A stretch of DNA of 64,000 nucleotides, counting the filler, from Sphacelaria rigidula (taxonomy: Eukaryota): the NCBI GenBank assembly GCA_964200075.2. It is 7 parts of 7 records of this genome, joined end to end, with 100 filler letters (N's around TTAATTAATTAA, not from the genome) between each part and the next. Parts side by side here need not be neighbours in the genome. Positions count along the whole stretch, not along the records: positions 1 to 9,059 come from CAXNAA020009407.1; positions 9,160 to 18,218 come from CAXNAA020009408.1; 5 more parts are not named here. One strand, given 5' to 3'. Both the position numbers and the translations under genes were made by a program. The notes under the pieces were generated by a model, which was not told the DNA's origin, made no database searches, and worked only from the letters and a program-made list of their open reading frames with translations. Of this stretch, positions 1 through 11,869 are shown piece by piece; the stretch's first letter is position 1; every line of letters starts with the position of its first letter.

Positions 1-493
1 TCGCATGAAGGCTGACCTGCATCCGGCTAAGATTGTTCGGCCCGAGGCCTACTGATCGTCTTGCATTTGGATGACAGCCTCCAATGAGTTGCTTTATTAT
101 CTGGTATCGACACTTCTAGAGACAGCCACGGCTTATATGCTGCCTCCTGGATGTCTCACCATGTACCCACTACGTAGTACGATCATCCCCATTATGCGGA
201 GTTGAGGTTCTCCCACGCCGCACAACACGATCTAGCTCAACCACCATAATGGTTACCGGGGAAAAAAAACGCAAGCGCGCCAAATAAACCCCGGTAGCCT
301 GGTTGCCTAGCTTACGCAGTGAGTGGCGTGTTTTACAGCGTCATCGCCAACCGACGCCAACCCCATCGGGGGTATGGGGGGGGAAAGCTTCGGGCGTTCT
401 CGTGAAACAGTGGTCGTTACTATACTAAAACGCCCTCGATTAGTGAAAAAAATGGATGAAAAACCTTACCCACTTTTCTTGATTAATCTAATC

Positions 494-1381
494 TAGCGAG
501 GTTCCGCACAAAGTTTCAATACACAAATATCAGACGTGGGCCGGTGAACGGCTTGCAAAATACTGCTCCGAATTTCCGCTGGCCCCGGTTTTCATAAGGC
601 AAATTCGCAATTTTTTACTAAGAGTTGGAAAGTGGACTCTGGTATGGACAATCAACAGGGCATTAAGAAAAGCTGTCGGTGGGGTTCCAATTTTGTTTCG
701 TGAGTTAAGGGCAATAATCAGTTCAAACCCTTTTGGACCCCTCCCCTCCTCTGCCCCGGCCAAACCCCTTATTATGAAAAGCCCCTGACGAAGAGGAAAG
801 ATAGAAGCAGAAAAGGCCGACATAATCCATTTCGTAATGGAAGACCAAGGAAGAATCCAGTAGCACACGCGGCGGGTGCAGGAAAAATGCCCCCCCCCCT
901 GGAGAAGTCGGGTGAGGTTTGTCCGATCATACCACGCAGCAGATGAAGCGGGTCCAATTGTATCCATCCACAATAATCATCAAAACATCATGAAACCTTC
1001 CATCCAAAAGACAGCGATGGGTTCCAGGATATGGTACGGCACATCGGTGAATAGGAAACCTCCTCTTATTCCATTTGTCACTCCCACGGTCTTCAAAAAT
1101 ACGCGTTGGGTAAATGTTGTTGCGTCTGAGCTGTGAACCATCAACCATATCTTGCTCACAAACCATCAATTCCAAATCATCAGTTTTCCATTGTGAGTTC
1201 CGTAAGGGGGTTCAGGTTCTGTAAAATGCCGTCAAATTACAAAAAAAAACTTCGGGACCCCACAGACAGCTTTTCTTCATGCCCTGTTGATTGTCCATAC
1301 CAAACTTCACTGTCCAACTCCGAGTAAAAATTGCGAATTCGCCTGCAAACTACAAACCCGCTTCTCGGCTGGCCCACCTAG
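494..1381. mobile_element. Non-autonomous DNA transposon (MITE-like), same family as 6055-7569; left end truncated
   Basis: Internal inverted repeat: ~596-715 vs ~1230-1345. 494-715 matches the reverse complement of ~6245-6467. Right end GGCTGGCCCACCTAG+TA resembles the family TIR. Confidence 0.6.
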
Positions 1382-3229
1382 TATGACTAACCCACCCTAA
1401 TGCGAGCAGGGCCAGTTCGGCAAGTTTTCGGGAACAGAACACCGTGCGAACGTGTTCAAATCACCTTTTGTACAGCGGAAAGATATAAAATTGCACGACA
1501 AGTGGTCTGAAAACTCGGAGACTAACTAAGAGAGTAGGAAGGAAAAAATCGACATAAGTCGACGCGGTGTGGTAATGTTAGTCATGATCCAATCCGCCGT
1601 AACAAAATGTAAAGCTGGTATCGGAGAGAGACGGGTTGGTCTCTCTACACTACAATACGAACTAGTCCCGAGGAAGGGACCGGTCCAAAATGTCACTGTT
1701 GATACGATGGAGACCTATGGACGAATATATATCGCAGAGTATTCCTGTGAAATCAGTGCAATTCGCGCAGGACCACAGGGTGCGATTGTATCATCCCAAC
1801 GCCGGTCGCACACACGGTGTTCAGTGGGACAAACGGCATCAACGAACGGTGGTTGGAATGTAAATTCGAAGACCCCCGTTATTCACGTTGCACCTACCGA
1901 CCCCCAGTCCCGTAGTGGGTACAGATGACACACTTGTTCTAAAACCAACATACCAAACTACAATAAGCCAGCATAGTATCACGGCACACTTTTGGTAATC
2001 GTGTCGGCGGAAACATATGCTATGAAAGGTGCCTGTCCGAAACCAGCAATAATATGCCAGCCCATCATACACACAGCTCGACCCCTCCCCGCTACACTGA
2101 GAGCTTACGCAAGTGCACATGTCAACGTCAACTTCATGAACAGTAGTCTGACTTTCCACAAAATATGTCAGAAATCTGCTAATTTCACTGTTCTCATCCT
2201 TTTCAAGAGATTCTCGTGTGGCAGACTCTCACGAAAAATTGACAACGGGAACGATGAGGGATTCTGCGACGAAAAATACTGTTATAAGTCGGGTTACATG
2301 CTATCGTTCCACCAATTGTAATGCATGCATCTCGGACACTTTTACAAATGTAAAATGCCCGGAATGCTGTACCGTGGTCCGTTAATCCTTCCAGCATGTT
2401 GTGATGCGCAGTGACCACGTAAACAACCATGCTACATTTCCACGGCTTCGTCGACAACAACACAGTCAGCCTACGGTGGAGCTGGTCGATTACCCCCCAA
2501 CAGCACATGTCGCTGCTGCAGCCAATTTTTCGCAATGTCCAGGTGACCACATCTTGCGAACGGCGACAAACAAGGTGAAGCGGGCAAACGCTGTCACACT
2601 TTATCGAGAGTGTGAAAGCATGGTATGCCGTGGTTAGCACACGAAGCACGTACGCGGCTAAGTTATCCTATCGTGCAGTGGAGTAGTCCTCGCGATGGAC
2701 ACATTTCACACGTGACCGAATCGCTTCAAACACTTTCAAAGCGTGTGTACTATGGTATATCTGTTTTTCTTGCGCACATGATAAAAAAGAAAGAAGATGT
2801 AACACGACACGCTGCTTTTTTGCTCGTCCTTCCTGAACTGGTGACATCTTACGATAAGGGAGGGGGAGGATTTTGGGCCATTTCTTTCATCAGGTTCCAC
2901 TTCATATCGTCGTTGACAGCAAGGGCTGTTCGAACGCGCTTCTTACCGATAGAAGACGCTCGTTCAAACTGTTGAACACCGTTTTTTCGCAACCACAAGC
3001 GCACCGCGAGAGTGTAAGGTTGTCTGACGCACCCATGAGTCCTTGTTTCTGTAGATCAAACACCTCGTCCCCCACACTGCCTATCGCGGCAAATATGGTG
3101 ACGATGTAAATCTCTTTCGTTTCGGAGGTGGTCTTGTAACTTGGTCATCATCTACGCCCGGCACAGAGATAGTCTTGCGAGGATTTCATTGTTGTCATCG
3201 GGTTCGACGGTCATCATCTGAGGGTTTTC

Positions 3230-3595
3230 TGGTCTTCGTATGGAATACTCGCCGTCACCGACCAGATGAAGCAAGTGAAGACCTTGTTTTACAGCATTCA
3301 GCGTCGGTGTCATTCAGTCAACATTTCATTATCTCCATAGGAACCTACTTCTCGTATTAATATTTCCCTTTCCCTCGTTTCCTTCGCCCCTTTTCTGTCC
3401 TGTATATACGTATCTCGCCTTCGTTGAGTTCACTCTAGTTGCTCGAATCTTACTTGATTTTCTCAATATTTCCTCTTCATCGAGTTTTGTATGGGGAGTG
3501 GTCCCCTTTTAATACCTTGGGCATGTGTACCTTGTGACCACGCCTGAATCTCTCGGGGATCACTTCATGTACGACACTCAATCGATCGAATCCGT
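3230..3595 (+). mobile_element. Decayed LINE 3' end
   Basis: Pyrimidine-rich 3'UTR-like tract ending ...CCTTGTGACCACGCCTGAATCTCTCGGGGATCAC...CAATCGATC. A homologous tail lies at ~33210-33567 and ends in (CAAT)-like repeats. Confidence 0.5.
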
Positions 3596-5059
3596 TGGGA
3601 TGTTTTTCATTGCGATTCGCAGGTATTCAGTGCCAATTTACATTGTAGCACAAGAGTGAGACACCTGGTGGAATATGGCACAGTATGGGCTACACTCGAA
3701 ACTCAACATTTGTTGGATTTAAAATACACCTACACTCGTGCTCAGTCGATCGGTGAAAACCCTCCATGTTGCTTTGAACGCTAAATTTTCAATCCTCTCA
3801 CGGCACCTTCAGGATAATCCCTTGGACAAAACCATCCATGGGTACATCGGGGGGAAAAATGTAAACCAGGCCGTGCAGCAAGAAATTTAAATAGCGCGTG
3901 ACGAACGAAGATACCGTTTTCATGGGCGATGTAACACCATAGGGATCACTCCAGAGATGAGCAAACAAAACATTCACTTGCCCGCGTACCAACCAACAAC
4001 GCGCCGGGCGCTGCCGTGGTAAATGTTACCTGCGGTGTCATCTTGATATCCTTCGAATGAAAATCACACAGCTGGTGAGTCGAGGACTGTTCCATGGAAC
4101 CCCATGCACTGTATCCAGAAAACGACTTTAATCCTCCATCGCAAAGCTTTACTACGGAATCGACGTTTCCTTGGGAGCACCCAGAATAGGGACCAAGATA
4201 CTGGCTCACACTGGCCATCGTCAACAACTCTCCAAGTTCGCCGGACTACCATCGTACACGTGGGCCCTCCTGTGGAGCCCGTTTATAACTAGATTATGAG
4301 AAGGTTTATCGACACGAACGATAACAACCAAGGCGTTGACCACAGCTTGGATGGTCGCGGGAGCTAAGAGGTACGCACCCAGGCTATTCCGTGGTACAGC
4401 GGTGAGCCTAAATTTTAACAACTACTAAAAGAAGGTTTGCCCTTTCGCTCATATAAACTTCTCTAACGTCAGTTTCACGCATCGCCATGGTGGGTGCGAG
4501 GTGCACGGATAAGGACACCATCTAGCAACGGTCGCGTATGGCTGGCTTCTGAAAATCCAAAATCGTCACGTTTTGCATTCGGCTAGGGTCAGGGTTAGAG
4601 TGAGGGCGCTGGTTCGGAAACCCTGGTACTAAGAAGCGCCGCAAACATGCACACAGGAAGCACTTATCTGGCACTTTCCTCCATTCGGCCTTGCAGTTTT
4701 GAACTATTAACGTCCAATGCCGCGTATGGCCGGGAGTTTTGAAATCCGACACCGCCACGTTTCGCATCCTCTTCCTCAGGGATACCGTGAGGGTTAAGGT
4801 AAGAGTACAGTTTCATAATTTCTTGTATTATGGAGTGCTGCAAATATGCACACCCCTATTCCGAGTGTTTTTTCTCGAGGTAGTCATCACGAGCGAAATG
4901 TATTCTTTGGGGAGCGAGTCGTGCATCGCCGCAGACCATTGATCTTCAGCGTTTGCAACGTTACTAGCCGTGCTTTCAGTATAGCTGTGCGCATCTTACA
5001 GAGTAGAGTGCCTCCAAACACAAAGGTTGTTTGAAAATACCCGAAAATGAAAAATCCCA

Positions 5060-5915
5060 CACCTACATTTCTAATTGTACCAACGCTGGAATATTAGGAG
5101 ATATGGGAGGAAGTTGGTGGAAGAAGTTGGAAACAGTACCGATTGCAGCAGCTAAGAAAATGCTTGGATGCTCGGAAACGACGAGTCATACAGCTTCAAA
5201 AGCAGAGTAGAGAACGTCCGCAACTAAAACAGAGACATGAGGAAACTGAGATAGTATATTTTTCTCCTCACACTTTGAACCCCTCCCCTTCCTCGGGATG
5301 TGTCCGTGTTCTCAAGGGATCAACCCATCTCTCCCCCGGTACGTGCTTTTCATTTTGATCTCGCGGATTGGATCAGCACTCTCGCACCGCGTCAACTTAC
5401 GTCACATAAACCCAGTCGACTACTTTTGTTTACTCACGTTCTCACGCTTTCCACGGTGAAAATCATAGATTACGAAGAAAAAACCAAACGCATCGGTAAT
5501 CGAACCCCCGTTCTCTCCACCCTGATGGCGACAGTCGGACCATTACACCACCGGGGCGCGGCGGTAATACAGCATAAAGAAGATTCAGATAAAGAGATTG
5601 TCAACCATAGTTGATAGGGCTGCACGCTGGGATAAGGTGAGAGATTGTCGAGATAGGGATAGAAAGGTCGAGAAAGTATGGAAAGAGATAGTGGGAAACC
5701 AACACCAAATACTGTGCATAGGTGAAGGCGCGGGGTACAAGAGACATGATAGACAGGGCAAAAAGAAATGCTCAGACGCCAAGTAGACGAGGAAGAATAC
5801 GTGAAGACATAAAAAGGCTCGAGAGAGGAGATGGGGATGGAAAATATCTGCATGGCCTGAAGCACGCGGCGAAAAAACTGAAACTGCAATCTCGGGCGAG
5901 GGGGCTCCGACTTTG
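5060..5915 (+). mobile_element. Degenerate LINE ORF2 C-terminal fragment, interrupted by a SINE at ~5256-5562
   Basis: Broken frames give peptides such as KVEKVWKEIVGNQ and KYLHGLKHAAKKLKLQSRARGL, homologous to the copy at 58005-58960. Confidence 0.75.
5256..5562 (-). mobile_element. tRNA-derived SINE, family A
   Basis: Minus strand begins GCCGCGCCCCGG-TGGTGTAATGG (A box)...GGTTCGATTACC (B box) and has an A-rich tail. A near full-length second copy is at 27645-27948. Confidence 0.8.
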
Positions 5916-6054
5916 ATCAAATATCGACACATATATTGTCCATCTGGCACAAAAAGTGTAGGTACTACTTCGAAAGCATTTGTTAGTATTCAACTACTGT
6001 GGAGTTTGATGGGAACGCCCCGTACGTTTCCAGTCGGTGAAGCGGACATAAGTA

Positions 6055-7569
6055 CGAGCTGGGTCAGCCTAGAGGCGGATTTGAAGTTTGCAGGCGAATG
6101 CGCCGGCCAATATTTAGAGCTGGAGCGTAAAATTTGGTATGGACAATGCTTAGGGCACAAGATTTTTTTTTATAGAAGCACGATGAGTTTTGATTTTTTT
6201 CCATGAGTTGAGGGCAATAATCGGTCCTCAGGTATCAATGAAATGCCCTTAACTCACGAAAAAAAAAACATTATGGTGCTCTCGTAATTTTCGTTCATGC
6301 CCTATGCATTGTCCGCACCAAATTTCACGCTCCAACTCTAAATATTGGCCGGCGCATTCGCCTTCTGAAAACCGGGTCGGTAGATACTCAGAACAATATT
6401 TCGCAGGCCACTCACCGGCCTACGTTTGGTTTTTGTGTATTGAAACATTGTGCGGGCCCTCGCTAGGGTAAAAATTAACAAAACTCAGCGGGTGAGGTTG
6501 CTTGTTTTACTGGTTTACGGGGTTCTAGTATGGTGGAGACTGGGTTTGTGTGACGTGAGTTGACGCTGTGCGGGAGTGCTGACCCAATCGACGAGACCAA
6601 AATGAAAGGCGCGTACGGGGGGCGAGATGGGTTGATACCTTGAGACCACGCACTCATCCCGAGGGAGGGGAGGGGTTCAAGGTGTGAGGAAGCAAAAAAA
6701 TCGCCCCAACCTGTATGAAAAAAATGAAGGCCCATTTTTTATTCGGCACACCTTCGTGGTTCTCCATGCCAAGTTTCAAATCACGATTCTACAAATTGAG
6801 CTAAAACATTGAGATAAGGCGGAAGAGCAATGTTCATTTCTCCTCAAAACTCAACTAAAAACACGAAAAACAATGAAAACAAATAAGTAAAAGAAGGTTC
6901 AAAGTTGTTTTCATTTTTTTCATTCTGCACTAGCGGTTCGCCATATCTTCGTGTAGATGTTTCGTTTCTTGTCTTTTTCTGCGGACTGTTTGGGTCACTG
7001 CAGGCTGTTTGGGCTGTATGGGTATGGGTGGCATGCCCCTTGCACTCTGTGACCGCGGGTTCGAGAGATCGAGCTAATATGACGGATATCAAAATACTAA
7101 AAATAGTAAGCGGTTCTCCATACCAAATTTCATAGAACAACTCTCAAAACCTAAGACGCGATATTCAGATTCAGGGCATCTAGAGCCTCTGCTCGTAATA
7201 TATCAACTTCATTCTGGAAACTCATGTGCGCCGTATCTCGAGACAGATTATAAATTAGGTGAACGTGAGGGCATTTTTCGTCTCGCCGTGCCCCAGGGAA
7301 GGTCCACACCAAAAATCGTCATAATCCGCTGAATTTATCGTTAGGGGTTTCACAAAGATTTTAGTGTGAACGCTATCGCCGTACGGTACAGGAATTACGA
7401 GACATAGGGTTTATTCAACGAGACAAATATTGGCCCAGATTTTTGAGCAGATGGGCACCTTCCCATTGATTACACGATTAATACTCTATGCGGATCACGG
7501 CCGACCTCGTCCGTGTCGATGAAATATTGATTTAAGATCTCAAATCCATTTTGAGGCTGGCCCAGCTCG
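6055..7569. mobile_element. Tc1/mariner-like non-autonomous element (~1.5 kb) with TA target-site duplication
   Basis: TA|CGAGCTGGGTCAGCCT ... AGGCTGGCCCAGCTCG|TA. Internal inverted repeat ~6092-6158 vs ~6300-6364. Carries a truncated SINE-A copy at ~6540-6700. Confidence 0.7.
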
Positions 7570-7912
7570 TAGCTTGCCGAAGGACCAAGGGTAGAGTGCT
7601 CCGAAATTTACGTCATATCGAAGGACGGTTTACCTCAGCAGAAAGACAAACTAAGAGGAACTACTGCCCAACCTTGCTGAACATAGTAAACCAAGCCTGC
7701 CCGGCCCAGCCCACAGAACAACGTCGGGTCCCGACAGGAAGCACGAGCACCGCACAAACACACGAAGTGAAACAGCGTATCTGGCATGGTGCATGGTACA
7801 ACACTTTGCACCAAGTGAGGCACTGCCTTCCACGACAAGAACAACAGGATTGCTATCCTAGCTTTCGGCCATCACCCAATAGTCTCGTTAGAAACGTTAC
7901 AAATCAGCTCAC

Positions 7913-7984
7913 CTGTCAGTCGGTTGTTCTCCAACTCCAGCGATATCAGAGCGGTAAGCTGTCCCAGCTCTTCGGGGATATCAC
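7913..7984 (-). CDS. Single 72-nt LRR exon (phase 1-1), probably from an LRR-ROCO or similar LRR protein gene
   Basis: cacag|GTGATATCCCC...CGACTGACAG|gtgagc encodes GDIPEELGQLTALISLELENNRLTG, a canonical 24-aa LRR with perfect splice sites. Confidence 0.85.
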
Positions 7985-8690
7985 CTGTGCTGAGCGAAGG
8001 GGACAGCACGGACAGACGAGTAACTTGACGGAACATTTTTGAATCGGCACGGAATACTTGGAATACTTGTAAGCCGTGTGGACTGCCGCCAGTTGCTTTA
8101 CCTCGTAGTCGGTGGCCCCTACATACGTTGTGAGTACACCGGTTTCTCACCAATGTACTGGGATTTACCACCCCATGCAAGAGTGGGGAACACGAGTGAG
8201 GCACGTGGTGGGACATGGAAAATCTACGGTAGACGCTGAAAGACACAACTGCGGACGATAAAGAAGGCACCTACACTTGCTTATCCCCTAGACAGCGGCC
8301 CCGCCACGGGTGGACTTGAGATGGAACATGCCACATTTGGGGTTCAGAACAGCTGTTGTCTCGCTGCACGAAACGCCTTTTTCCATAATCATGCGGATGC
8401 TAGGCATCGATATATAAAAACGTTGCGCAGAACGCCTGATCGATTTTTACCATGCAGTCAGTAGCGTGCAGGGTCAGTACGAGTGCAGTATATTCCGCTG
8501 GATACAACGGCAAGAAACAGTCAGCTCGGAGGTTGCTCTCCACTGAACGCAACTCACTGCATGCTCCCGATGCACCTGCTTGCTGTTCAACAATAACACT
8601 ACAGACTGTGAACCTATGCTGGCAACACATGAGGCGTCGGACGGAGGGCACACACCTTAAGTCGAGTACAAAACACGTCATGCGTGCCCA

Positions 8691-8850
8691 TGTAGTCTAT
8701 GTTTAAATTGACATGACCACAATGAGAGACCGCTGGACACCGAGGTAGTCTACGTGTAGGGGAACTACGTGTAGTCTATGTTTAAATTGACATGACCACA
8801 ATGAGAGACCGCTGGACACCGAGGTAGTCTACGTGTAGGGGAACTACGTG
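8691..8850. repeat. Exact 79-bp tandem duplication
   Basis: TGTAGTCTATGTTTAAATTGAC...GGGGAACTACG occurs twice back to back (8691-8769, 8770-8848). Confidence 0.9.
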
Positions 8851-9059
8851 CTCATTCCGTGATTGGTCAGAAAGGTCATTCCGCGCCTCTCCGGCCACGT
8901 TTCTGGCATGGAATCTTCCGCAGGAAACTCGCGAACACACACGGTTGACTTGGTGAGCCCCCGCTGCTCTGCGAGTAGACTCCCCCTTCCCCTTGAAACC
9001 CCCCCCCCACCCCCCCCCCCCGCTCCGTCTCGAAAGGGATGCGTGGTCAATGGTCAAAT

Positions 9060-9159
9060 NNNNNNNNNNNNNNNNNNNNNNNNNNNNNNNNNNNNNNNNN
9101 NNNTTAATTAATTAANNNNNNNNNNNNNNNNNNNNNNNNNNNNNNNNNNNNNNNNNNNN
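9060..9159. other. Artificial contig spacer N44-TTAATTAATTAA-N44
   Basis: Directly visible. The linker has stop codons in all six frames. Confidence 0.98.
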
Positions 9160-11228
9160 ATCATCCCATCTATTGTGAACACCCGGCTGCAACGATCGTT
9201 AGACCACTTTGTATAAAAAACAATCTGTATTTGTACAAATATGAGGATTTCAGCCCGTTTGAATGCGATTCTCTCCCGTGGATTGATTTTTCGGACCCCC
9301 AGTCCGTTGGGCAATGTTTTTCGCCTAGCTCTGAGGAAACCAGATCGATTCTCCGATTCTCTGGGCGCTGACTTTTGGTTCATCACCTTTCTGCTCAGAT
9401 GCGGGAGAAAAACGGGCTGAAACCCTCGTATTTGTACAAATACGGATTGGTTGCCATACAAAGTGGTCTTATTACAATATATGCCTGGACGACTCTCCGC
9501 CAAAATTGCTGAAGTCTTGCGCATGTGTGAAAAGTCGAGCGGAACCGACTGACTGATGAGACCTACGCGTATGCTCTGCAACGCTCTGAAAGTTTGAATA
9601 TCAAAGTCCGGCTCTTCCTAAAAAAACTGGCAGCGATACTCACCATGCCTTCGCTTGGGAATCTGCTGTCTGCCGTTCCCTTCGACCACCCACTACTGTG
9701 GACGCGTCGAAATGACGCAAGCACCTCCGGGGGTACGTTCGCTGTTGCTGTTGTTGGGTCATCGGATCCGCGTCGGTACTTGCTTGAATATCTGGAACCA
9801 TAACAGGGCGAAAATTTCACGAGGGACCGTTTTGGTTAGGGATCGTTGTACTTGATCGGCGGAAGTATAGCAATCACAACCAATGCCGCCAACCAGGCTT
9901 CACTTAGCCCTAGTAGTCAGGCAAACTTTAGTGATCCCAGCTAGCAACTACAGCAGCTCACGGGACGTAATGGGTTAGTGGTGCACCACACAGCAGTCGC
10001 AGGTGTACCTGGACAGTAGAGCCAGCGCCCTTCAGCAGCCGTAAAACAGCACACGGAGAAGAAGTGGTTGGGACTTACATACATGCAGAAACCGAGATAC
10101 AGTTAACACTGCTACCTTGACTCAACTATCTGTGGAGAAACCGAGACAGATTGTACATTCATCATACGGCTTCATGCAGCTTACATTGGTACAGGCAGTC
10201 ACGGTCCTGGACCTCCTGCTAACTACCAGACGCTTAGGGCAGCTGTTTTCTGTTCCGATATTGCCGAAGTTTACGGTTACGGTACTCCACCTGGAGGTCG
10301 TCCGATCCAATGAGTTGCAAAACGTACAACTGCTCATTGCCACTCGCGAAAGCAGCACATTAGCCGTTTGATTTTCAGAGGAGCATCGTCTAGAACGACG
10401 AAGAGCCTGGTGGAAGACTCTTGCGCCACCCCTTGCGCCGCAATGCACATGCGTCATAGCCTCTAGCTGCCTGGCTCACTGACGCGAAACTCCCACGGCA
10501 GTTGGATAATGGCATTATATAATATACCGTACCATGTGTTCTTGCGATCCTCGCAAATGGTTGTGTGATCCTTTCGGGTGACACAGCGCTCGCTTGTGCA
10601 CAAGCCATGAACCCACCGCAGCACTGGGAAGATATAACTTTACTTCACGTGGTAAGCGCTGATTGAGGGTCTCAGTATTTCTTACGCTACGCTTGAGTAT
10701 TTCGATGCCCAACACTTCTGTTTTGAACCTAGTCGTGCGCAGTGTTCATCTGGTCTTACATTATACATGAACTCGCGCCCTACCGCCACTATTATACCAG
10801 GACCGTCGACGATGGCCGGTGTGTACAGTAACAGTAGTACAAGTTTAAACTTTGTATTGATTCAATCCGGATTTTTCGCAGGCGAGTTTTCACCTTTACT
10901 TGAAAGTTCAAGAGGCGGTAGACGTTCGAAAAAAAACCGGTCGTGCTGAGGCCACATTTCCCGATTTGTGTTGTCGGGACAACACGAAGCAAGAGGCGAA
11001 ACCCCTTTATTGAGGGGGTGCTATTGACCGTGTATTATAAAAGACAAGGTTTTTCGACTGTAGTGCAATGAATATCGAGAAGAAAGAAGATCTGACGCAT
11101 GAAATTGCTCATTATAACGATCCGTATCGGTTCGATGGAGCGAAAATATCGAAGAACGAAAACCGGGCGCTGTGCACTCGCAGGACCCTCAACGACAGAT
11201 GAGCCCGAAACTCGTTCATTATTTACCG

Positions 11229-11265
<37 letters not shown>

Positions 11266-11869
11266 CTGTTTGCCCTTTTCCCCTCTTGCGCCACCCTCCG
11301 CGTGGCCACACTCCAGCNNNNNNNNNNAAACCGGGCGCTGTGCCCTCCCAGGCCCCTCAACCACAGAGGACCCCGAACCTCGTTCATTTTTTACCCTACC
11401 CCCCCCCCCCCCCCCCAACCGAAATTTGTATTGTGTACTCGTGTCTCTCGATTCCCAAAGTTTGGGATCAAGCAAAGACCGTGATGAGTAGGGGTAACCC
11501 GAAAACACTGAAAAAAACGCTTTCAAATGAAGAGGCGAAGTTCGGCCCTTTGAGAGCCCTCCCCTCCCGTTCCCGGGTCAGACGCCTCATTATTTCAAGC
11601 GCTGGCAAAGAAGAAAAGACGGGAACAGAAAAAAACGACGGCAACCATTTTTACGGCGGAAGGCCACAGAAGAATCCACCAGCATACGTCATGCGCACAC
11701 CACAAGTGTCACCCCGGCACGGTCTGATTAGTTTTGTCCAACCCTATGATATGTGCTTCGGGCCCATCCGTGCTGATGTGGGCCGAGGATTGTCAGCGGT
11801 CGTAGCCCACAAGAAGACCAATGAACCGACGACAATGTGGCAGGAAAAACGGTTAGAAACGTGAAGCCG

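Noticed and set aside
4064-4252. Tc1-like transposase motif (KVVFWIQCMGFHG / VMVWTQCIGFQG at ~34030)
   Set aside because: Only superficial resemblance to VMVWG; no DDE context, stops in frame, and no clear codon-position bias between the copies.
8691-8850. 79-bp exact duplication as a functional element
   Set aside because: Identical copies near a contig end with no structure; a recent slippage or assembly artefact cannot be excluded.
9104-9115. Recurrent TTAATTAATTAA motif at ~9.16-kb period
   Set aside because: Artificial six-frame-stop linker inside N spacers, not a biological repeat.
11159-11416. Tandem duplication around a 10-N gap
   Set aside because: The second copy differs mainly by changes to C next to poly-C runs, which is typical of low-quality read ends at a scaffold gap; likely the same sequence assembled twice.
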